From Magallana gigas (Eukaryota), in NCBI RefSeq assembly GCF_963853765.1, contig NC_088853.1:73346001-73410000 (forward strand): a stretch of DNA of 64,000 nucleotides. Reading direction: 5' to 3'. The notes below the pieces were generated by a model. The model was not told the DNA's origin, made no database searches, and worked only from the letters and a program-made list of their open reading frames with translations. The translations under genes and the position numbers were made by a program. Below, piece after piece: positions 13,416 to 23,526 of the stretch (within the stretch, counting starts at the first letter, position 1; each line of letters begins with the position of its first letter).

Positions 13416-15536
13416 ACCAAAATATGTACTTTCATTTTCTCCCTTTCTTTCTCTAATTCCCTTTCCTGAGAAACATGTACTCTTGCTCTCTTTGTTTGTC
13501 TCACTNNNNNNNNNNNNNNNNNNNNNNNNNNNNNNNNNNNNNNNNNNNNNNNNNNNNNNNNNNNNNNNNNNNNNNNNNNNNNNNNNNNNNNNNNNNNNNN
13601 NNNNNNNNNNNNNNNNNNNNNNNNNNNNNNNNNNNNNNNNNNNNNNNNNNNNNNNNNNNNNNNNNNNNNNNNNNNNNNNNNNNNNNNNNNNNNNNNNNNN
13701 NNNNNNNNCTTGTCGTCCCTAGAACATAAGCCACATTTTCTATCCAAGTATTTACACAGAATTTACATTTCCATTATCATAAGAGTTCTGTCCGTCTCCT
13801 GTATTTATTGTTTACACTTGAACTATACAATTCTAACAGTGATATTTAATTGGGTTTTTTTCTCTAGCTTTCTCACAACCAGACGTCATTTAAAGGTAAG
13901 CTGAGTTATTAATCATTTTTTTTAATTAGATCATTAATTTTCATTTCCGCGTAAAGAATGTCTAAAAACTAAAAAAAAATGTTTTAAAAACAAGTTAAAT
14001 TAGTCTCAGGTGACGTAAAAGTCTAGGCAAAAAATCAAATTTTGTTATGTCGATCAGCGTAATAATGTTTCATAATTTATTGTTGTATTAAACGATGAAT
14101 TTTCATATTGTAGATAATAATTATTATAACGCAAAGCACATTCTGAGCACACGTAAACAATATATTATAAGTATTTGAATGAATTTGGTTTAAGAAGCAT
14201 TTTATTCAGAAATATACCCACAAGTATATTTAATTTAACATATTTTATTGAGTAATCAAATGGATTAGGCAACAGGCAAAGCCTATATAAACCCTCTCCA
14301 AAATACAAAGTCAAGAAATGGTGTTATAAAATAATATAGTATATAGTATGTAGTATAATTTACCAGTTTACAGAGTGATATATTATTGATATATTTGTAT
14401 ACAAGACAAACGATAATTGGATAATAAATAAAAAGCTTGACTTTTGTCATATGATGATAAATTAACTTGTATGTACAAGTATATAAATGAATATGGATTG
14501 AAAAAGGCAAACAATAGTCTACATTAGTTCAGTCGATCAGAATGAATTTATGAACAGCGTTCATGCAGCTTATATTGGCGCAAAGGTCTACCCTTCCATT
14601 GATAATTTGAAATTCTGAAGAATTCTAAAGAATATGTTTGGGGTTTTTTTTCAACAATTTTTGTTTTAATTGAACTATTTTTAACTCTACCTATCGTATA
14701 CCTTTAAGAAATAATGAGATACACAGTTGACAAAGTTCAACATGTTCAAGTTCAGTTCAAACCAAATATATCTGAACAAGTAAACAGAGTAGCCAAATAA
14801 AAAAAATCGTCGAACTCCATGCAGGAAAAAAGAAAGTTGTAAATATGGACGTTAAGAAAACACATTGTCTTTTACTAATTAACAATTTTTAATTGTCAAT
14901 GAGTCCATGACTAATTTGACAATCATTGACAATTAAAAATTGTTAATTAGTAAAAGACAATATTTATATAAAACTTGAATATATAGAATCAGATCAGGAA
15001 AGTATAATAAGTAAACAGACAGCAACGACAATTTATGAAATGAATACATAACTTTCTCAGAGATTTAGAATATCGATTTGACATGAGTTCAGAAATCTTT
15101 GAATAGTTCGGTCTGTTATATGTACAATCTCAATTAACAACTTACTCCATCGTCTGTAATTTATTTTCAGTCAACCATAGATCAACGAGTTATGTATCAC
15201 CCTGACTAATTGACTAAAGAGTTGTTCATCACCATACCGCTGTATTCCATACAATGACCTTGACATTAGAGAACGACTAAATCACCACTCAAGGACGTCA
15301 CCATGTCAAGTTCCCTTGGAAACTCACGCGATCACTTATCCCCGGACAATGCGCCTCCGTTACGTGGAGTACGTATCATCAAAATGTTTGAAAATTAATT
15401 TGAAATCTACAATGTCTATCAAGATGAATATATAAAATAATATATTACGACATTCTCTTCATCTTTATCACGCAATTTGTTGTGATGGCTATTTATTTTT
15501 AGCATTACAAAAATTTGTTTTTTCATTGCTTTGCAG

Positions 15537-16477
15537 AAAATCACGGGTTATCTGTCCGTGGCTGTATTTTCGGCCGTGATGGGGTCTGTACAGTTTGGAT
15601 ATAACACAGGGGTCATCAACGCGCCAGAAAAGGTCAAACCAGCACCCACATGTTGTATTATTTAGTAAAACACATTTTAAAATGGCCCTTAAAGTGTAGA
15701 TTTACGTTTGAACAATGTGAAAAGGGTGGAGGTCTTTACTTATTTTGGCCTCACATAGGCTTTGAAATGGAGAACCTTTTAGAAAATCAGGTATTTGTCT
15801 TTTATGTTCTATAATGAATTAAGATCATTGCAGCATATATTATACATATATTACATGGCTTCGAGGGCGACATACTAGAATATTTGCCCCGAGGTGACAG
15901 GAAAGCCCTGGAGTGTTATGTCGCCCGATGCCGAAGGCAGAGGGCGACATAACACTCCAGGGCTTTCCTGTCACCAAGGGACAAATATTCTGGTATTGTC
16001 GCCCGAGAAGACATATAATATATGTTATATAACATTTTCAAAACAAATCAAACTCGGGTTATCAACATATTTATTTAATTCACAAGGCAGAGGCAAATGT
16101 TTTTAAAAAACTCACGCTTGAGTTTATCACTTTCGTCGTATTTGCCGAATTGTTTTCATCAATTAAACTATCGAGTTCATTTGAATTTAGATGAACAAAC
16201 CGCAGACGTTGGCCTGACATGTTTAAAGTTCGCGGATCTGTTTACGTTTGCTTAGCAACTGGCTCGTTGAATTTCGAACCCGACGTAATTAATATGCAGA
16301 ACTCCTGCACGCGATGGTGATATTACAGTTTTGGGAGGGCAATATAACTATTTCCTGTGAAATATAACTGTTTCCGGGAGGGCAATATAACTGTTTCCGG
16401 TGTGATTCAGCAATTTTCAGGGCATAGTAATAAAATAATCTCATTTGTGACATAACGAGAAAACTTATTCAAAAATG

Positions 16478-16533
<56 letters not shown>

Positions 16534-19500
16534 GAAAACAAAATTATAAAATGAGAAGCCAATCTATTTTGAAGTCTTTTTTCTTCAATAAATTGAAAAA
16601 AAATGCTTCACACTATTTTGCATATATTTTTTCTATTAAACAAAAAAAAAACCTACATAATTAATTGTATTTTATCAATAAAACTTTATCGCTGATATTT
16701 TATTTGGATGATATTTTAGAAAATTAAGGATTTTATGAATGAGAGCCACACGTACCGTTACGACACACCCATCGACGAGAACACCCAGCTCAACCTTTAC
16801 TCACTGCTCGTCGCCATCTTTGCTGTGGGCGGAATGCTGGGAGGACTAATGGCCGGCTGGTGGGCTGACTTCTTCGGCAGGTGCGTGTTGCGAATTTAGC
16901 TATTTATTTATTCATTAATTTTTGGATTTATGTATTTGTGAAAATATTTATTTATTTGTGTTTGTTTTCCTTTCCTCTTCAGAAAGTTTGGTATGCTGTT
17001 GAACAACGCCTTTGCCTTCGCGGCGGGGGGTCTGTTTTTCTTCAGTAGAGAGGCCCACTCCTACGAGATGATCATAGTGGCCAGACTGCTGATAGGGTTC
17101 AACTGTGGTAAGTGATGTTATGGTATACAAATTTAAGGTACATAACCCCCTCCCCAATCTGTGGTGATTGCTCTTCTCTTATAGTGTACAGAGGTATTTA
17201 AGGTACATCACTCTTCTACTAACTGTGATGCATATTCTTCTCTTAAAGTGTTCAGAGTAAATTAAGGTACACGACCACCCCCCCCCCCCAAAAAAAAAAT
17301 GGGAGTAAGTGCCCTTATAGTGTACAAAGTGTATTACGCCGATTTTACGGTACATCACCATATTGCAGAGAGACTCACTGATACAAGATTATCATAGTAG
17401 CCAGGCTGCTGATAGGTTTAAACTGTGGTAAGTGGTCTTATATTGTACAAATTAAGGTACACCAACACCTCCTCCGTCTGTAGTGAGTGATCTTGTAATG
17501 AGTGTATTAAGGAATATCACTCAAGTAGATAGACTCACTCCTACTAGATGATCATAGTGGCCAAGCTGTTGATAGGATTCAACTTTGGTACATATAAGTT
17601 ATTTTATACCGCAAAAGTTAAGACACATCACCCCCCCCCCTTCCTAACACTGTGGTAAATTCTCTTGCAGTTTACAGTGTATTAATGTACACTACTCCAT
17701 ATATAGAGACTCAATGATAGTGCTAATACAGTGTGCAAAGTGAGTTAAAGTACATCACCTCCTCCCCAACCTGGGTTAAATGCCCTTAAAGTGAATAATG
17801 TCAATTAAGGTACATACGGGAAAATAGTATAAAATGAATATCTACCACTCCTCTTTCTTTAAGACTGTGGCGAGTGTGTTTATTGTGTACATCAACTCTC
17901 TTTCTTCAGTGAGTAGCGTACTATATGCAAAATGTACAAATGTACACCATCACTCATATCAACGTGTAAACAGGATTGATTTCAACGAATTTTACAATAA
18001 TGTTATTACGGATTTCATTCTGAATTAGTTAAATCAAAATGCTTCTATTTGCCATGTTCATGATGTTCTACCGTATGTATTTATGTCCATAACTTAAATA
18101 TAATCAAATAAATACTGTTTATCCGTGTTGAAATTAAATCCTAAATTACATATCTTATATGAAACGTTGAAATCATAGCAAAATGTAATTTACAAGTACA
18201 TCCTCAGAATATTTAACTATCATATATTTCTTTATTTTTTGCATATAAGAAACTATTTTTAAATCAAAAATTAATCGGGAGTTAAGGTTATTTTCCGTTG
18301 ACGTAATCATCCACGTATCCTACAGAACACATGTTGACATGTCAGCTGTGGCATGTTTCACCTTGGCATAAAAACAGGTGCACGGCCTTAACAAGATAGC
18401 TTCTTAACTTTAACCACTCTATAATCGAACCAAGTTCATTAATCCATTCACGTAATGCAACCGAACTTACGGTCCATGTACATTGCACATGTACTTAAAT
18501 CGCAAAGTACAACATTTTTTAAGTACTAATATAATTACATGTAACACTAAAATCAAAGACCTGTAACATACAATATCTATATGCAATTGATAGTTTTTCC
18601 ATCATTAGTTTTCATGCAGCAAAATTAGGTTTGTCTATAGAAGAAGAAATTAAGATGAATTATTTTCTGTAAAACGCTCATGTAAAGGACAATAATTCTC
18701 TCCATTTTAAGACCATATGTTATTCTATATCCTTAAAAAAGAAATATGATAACTTCATTGCTAGCAACAACCTATTTGTTCACAAGGCAGTGATGGGATT
18801 TACCATGTAATGCAACAACAAACACCAACATTTTCGTCATAGGTAGTTGAGAAATGTTCTTTTTTTGTTCAGAAAAAAAAACAGTTTGTTTAATGTCTGT
18901 TCGTGTGAAGGTCGCTTCATTATTTGTTTAAACATGCCGTACTTTGTGTCCACATAGGTCTGTACACGGGACTGACACCTCTCTACCTGACCGAGATAGC
19001 CACGGCGGATATCCGGGGCGCACTCGGAACCCTCCACCAGTTTGGAGTTACCATCGGAATCTTCCTGTCCCAGATTCTGGGATTTCCAGAAATATTTGGA
19101 AACGGAGAGTACTGGCACATTCTGTTAGGTGAAAATTTTGTAGCTCTTTTTTACTGTATATCCTTTATATTATTTTAACCTTTTTCTCGAGTTATTTCCT
19201 CTTTTTAGTTGGTAAATGTAAGTTAGTTAACAAACATCCATCATATGCAATTAGATATTATATAACCTTTTTTTCTTAAAAAAAAAGCTAGCTTTTAAAA
19301 CTAGCGGTAATTATGAAAAACAGAATCGTATTTTACAGATACGTTCATCGTAATATAAACGTATCTTTCTGACACAACAAGTAGCGCAACTTGTCTAATA
19401 AGATGGAAACGCGAAATAACGTTGGTTAATATCCACTAGACACAAATAAGACATTGGTAGTTTATTTACATTGTACGTGTTTAAGTGCATTTGGTGATAT

Positions 19501-22215
19501 TAAGACGCAGTGTGGCGCCTGGGAGAGATGCATTATGACACCTTAATGATATCATGTTACAATTTGACTTTATGTGATATCAAGACGCAATACGACGCCC
19601 TACACATGTGTATAGACGCTTATGTGAAATTCGACACATTTTGACGCACTGGTGATATGTTGACGGACTATCTCGCAATGGTTATTTTTGACGCACTACG
19701 ACGCCATGATAATATATATTGACCCAATATGACGCATAAGCGATACTTGACACATTACGGCGCCTTTGATGATATATTGACGCAATGTGACGCCCTCCTC
19801 TGTCTGTAGGTCTGTGCGTAGCACCATCAGCACTACAAGTCTTCACTATGCCATTTTGTCCGGAAAGTCCTCGGTATTTATTGCTTACGAAGGAGAAAGA
19901 AAATGACGCTATGAATGGTACGTATATATTTCCGGTCAGATTCTACATCAATGTGTTTGTGCATTGTGTTAGCTAAAGTCTCTACTGTTTTTTCATGTTT
20001 AAGAATGTATTTTCAGGTTTTCGCTATGAGTGAGATTTTCTAACTTTATTTTGATGTCATAATTAAACATATCACATTACTATTTCGTTAGCTCTGGTAA
20101 AACTCCGAGGGACCTCGGGTGTGGACGATGATCTTAATGAAATGAGACAAGAGCACCAGGCGATGCAATCCGAAAAGAAGGCATGCAAATCGATGATTTC
20201 TTTTTTCACTAAAAATCTATTGCCAGTTTCTCTCTTCTTTTTTTTTTTTACACTTTTACTCTTAAAATAGATTGGGATCTTGCACCTGCTGAAGAAGAAG
20301 TCACTGCGCATGCCCCTAGTCATCAGTATCGTCATGCATCTATCACAACAGCTGTCGGGAATCAATGCGGTAAGGACCCTTTCTTTTATTTCCTGTGCTT
20401 GCAAATGCATTCTGATACCCATTTTAAGCCAACACAAAATAACTTTTTGCTTGGTGTTGCGTCCTGCCCCATTGAAATACCCCCACCCCTTCCCCCTTCT
20501 CGCTGATACAAGTTTATAAGCAAAATAAAAAAAAAAACATTGTTGCATAGAGATTTTCATTTTTTACCAATTTTTGATAAGTTATGTTTCAATTTTAAAC
20601 AATTAGTAAAAAAAATTCCCCACTCCCTCATTCCTGGGTCTAGAAAGCTCCAGGGCAATTCCAAACAAAAAAAATTTAAAAGAATGTTTATCAAAACACC
20701 ATTTCCGCATGCGCATAATACCATGCGTCACAGTTCGTATCATATGTGAGCGAATAAAACCCTACTCATCATACTTGTTGCTTTTTCAGATATTCTATTA
20801 TTCATTCAAATTGTTCACCAGCGCTGGAATTTCCGATGATCTGGCTGCGCACGCAACAAGCGGAATTGGCGGCATTATGCTTGTGATGACGTTGATAACC
20901 ATTCCATTGATGGACAGGATCGGTAGGCGGACCCTACATCTGACGGGGTTGGCGGGAATGTTCGTCTTCAGTATCCTCATAACCATTACGCTCTCCTTTA
21001 CGGTAATTCAAGAGGGCTTACGATTGACTTGTTTTGTCTAATACAATTTGCTGATTTGTTTTCAATTTATTATTGTTTTGTTGACTTTAACTTAAGACAA
21101 GTTTAATCAACATAATTCCTGTTAACTAATTGATTTTGACTTTTAAGGTACTAGATTTTACTGTTTAACCTATGCTATTTAAATTGTTGTATTGCATATA
21201 TTATATATTTTTATTCTTTAGGACAAGGTTCGGTAATTTGTGTTGTAATAAGCTGTTATGTTGATCTATCTATTTTTATACAGGACACGGTTCCGTGGAT
21301 TGTGTCGTAATAAGTTGTTTTATTGATGTTATATTTATCAATTCTTCAATTCTTTAGGACAAGGTTCCGTGGTTTGATACCGCTAACGTGGTTGTCTCCC
21401 TTGTCTATGTGGTTTTTTTCGCCATGGGGCCAGGTATTTCAAAAAGAAAATCACCAATTCCTTTACTAAACTGTTCACAATTAGTATATAATATTTAGAT
21501 CAAAATCTTACCGAACTCATAAACGCTTAATCGTGATTAACTTTTTTCTTAACAGGATCTATACCATGGATGATAGTAGCGGAACTGTTCACGCAGGGAC
21601 CGCGGGTTTCCGCAATGAGTATATCGGTTCTGATTAACTGGGCGTGTAACTTTGCTGTTGGATATGTGTTCCCCATTATGCAGGTAACTCAAATACATCT
21701 GATTATATTCGCTCTTTGTAAGACTAGAAAAATTAATGTTATTTAATTTTCTGGTGAAAAATATGTAGTTTCCTGTGAGAAACGATTAGATGTGAAATTA
21801 AATTGCATGAAACACAACTTTCAGGACAAATTCTTGATGACAGGAAATGTCTTTCTTTAACATAACTTAAGATATCATACATATATGTATCAAGTCGTTA
21901 TCGCTAGCAAGGATCGTCCTTTTAAACAGATTTTTCAACTTTGAACATTTATTAGAGGTTAAAAAGGTTTTTTTTCTGTTTTTTTTCTAGAAAGAACTAA
22001 ATAACTTCTCCTTCCTGCCTTTTACGGCATTTCTCCTGTTCTTTTGGATCTTTATTTATGTATACCTACCAGAGACTAAAAATAGAACATTTGAGGATAT
22101 AGCCTCGTCTTGGAACAAATCTCAAAGCGAGGCGGGGAACCCCCAGGCTAAGTATATCCCAACGGAAGACACGGCTATTGTGGAATTTCAACAACAGCAG
22201 AGAAGCAATCGATGA
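15537..22215 (+). CDS. SLC2A1: class I facilitated glucose transporter (SLC2A1/Glut1-like), MFS sugar porter
   Basis: Exons 15537-15632, 16720-16880, 16983-17107, 18958-19128, 19810-19917, 20092-20180, 20271-20369, 20790-21002, 21358-21433, 21556-21683, 21991-22215 join in frame (1491 nt, 496 aa + stop). Motifs [72 protein letters not shown]; N-glycosylation NES in loop 1. Orthology to SLC2A1 specifically is not proven. Confidence 0.93.
15841..16478. mobile_element. non-autonomous DNA element with long terminal hairpin (copy 1, in GLUT intron)
   Basis: Arms GACAGGAAAGCCCTGGAGTGTTATGTCGCCC / GGGCGACATAACACTCCAGGGCTTTCCTGTC; both ends match the copy at 44654-45300. Confidence 0.8.
16485..16528. 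repeat. (TA)n microsatellite
   Basis: Pure TA run directly after the hairpin element. Confidence 0.95.
17108..17830 (+). repeat. degenerate intronic tandem repeats including two copies of the GLUT exon 16983-17107 3' end and donor
   Basis: Copies at about 17366-17433 and 17525-17590 of AGAGAGGCCCACTCCTACGAGATGATCATAGTGGCCAGACTGCTGATAGGGTTCAACTGTG|GTAAGT, interspersed with TTAAGGTACATCACC subrepeats. Confidence 0.8.
19490..19800. repeat. degenerate ~30-35 bp intronic tandem repeat
   Basis: Recurrent GATATATTGACGCAATACGACGCC-like units upstream of the 19810 acceptor. Confidence 0.6.
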
Positions 22216-22643
22216 CCAAAAGCAAAGCCATAGAGTTTTAATTTGCAAATTATGCATAAGTTATTATTTCAAAAATTTCAGAATCTTCAAGGTTGTTGAC
22301 AAGCTTTAGAAACAAATCTTGAACAAACATTACATGTCCTGTCCTCTTCATTTTCAAACAACTTAGTCATCGTATAATTCATGATTTCAATGGTATATTA
22401 AAGAAACCGTTCTATATGTATTATATGTGGTCGAGGTATAGTTCTATATATGTATATATATGTACTCCTAATATATTTTTGTATACTGTATACATTATAA
22501 AGTTAAAGGGAAAAAACTTTTTTTTTAAAGTTGTGTACTCGGAGTTTTGTTTTTACAAAGAGAATGATGTCTTATTTAACTTTTAGGTGAGACATCTGAA
22601 ATGCAATAATAATAATACATCTATAATTGTGTTTTTTGATTTG

Positions 22644-22660
22644 TTTATTGAAAAAATAAA
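22644..22660. terminator. back-to-back polyadenylation signals of the convergent GLUT (+) and antistasin-like B (-) genes
   Basis: TTTATT (22644-22649, AATAAA on -) and AATAAA (22655-22660, +) 5 nt apart. Usage is inferred. Confidence 0.5.
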
Positions 22661-23526
22661 TAGAAAACAATAAGTGTAAGAGACTTGTTATCATTATATA
22701 ACCAGCCACCAATCTTCTCCGGTTAGTTATTGTTCAAACATTATTATCCGATTCATACGCATTTCTGTCAACCTAAATCCTATATAATAGAAAAATGCCG
22801 ATGATATACGATTGCATGTAAATCATTTTGAGCTAATTAGACATCTGCTATATCCATGCACGCCGTTCGTATTCCCTCTTCCCTCTTCCCGGCTGTACAT
22901 ACACTCAGGAGAATGTAGACATACAATGTATCTGAAATAGAACGCTGTGTTTACACAGATGTGTGTCAAACGATGCGTGATTAACGAAGTTATGAAAAAT
23001 TGACCTTTTTAACGTCATTTCTTAAAACACAGGACAAGGTTGATAAAAATGTTATTTTTAATATTTACAGTACTTAATATATTTCTCAGCCATATCAATT
23101 ATTGATATATTTATGGACTTCCTGATCTAGAAAAAGGCCAGGAATGGGGTACGGACCTTTGTGAAAAATTCAAATTCATTAAATATTCACATAGTAGGTT
23201 TAATAAAATTAAGCCCGGGACACACTCCTTACCTTACCCCAAACAAAACAAAGTTATTCTTCGCGCTCGGCCCCGGAAAAGTTTGCTTGATCCGCGCATG
23301 GACTACCCTATCAGATCCCACCATGCATCTTTACAGGCCTAACAGGTATGACCCTCCGTGAAGAATTCAAATTTACATAATTTACATTGTAAAATCACAA
23401 ACATTAGACCTGGAATATCCCACCCGGTAAACAAAAGTATTCCTCGCCACCCCCCCCCCCCCTCCTTTAGAATATTTTTCTGGATCCGCGCACTTATTAA
23501 AAAATCCCACTCTTTCTTTAACTAAC

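Noticed and set aside
20072-20560. 162-aa minus-strand ORF (and other antisense ORFs such as 18837-19118, 20798-20986, 41971-42204, 35617-35817)
   Set aside because: Shadow frames opposite real exons; no motifs.
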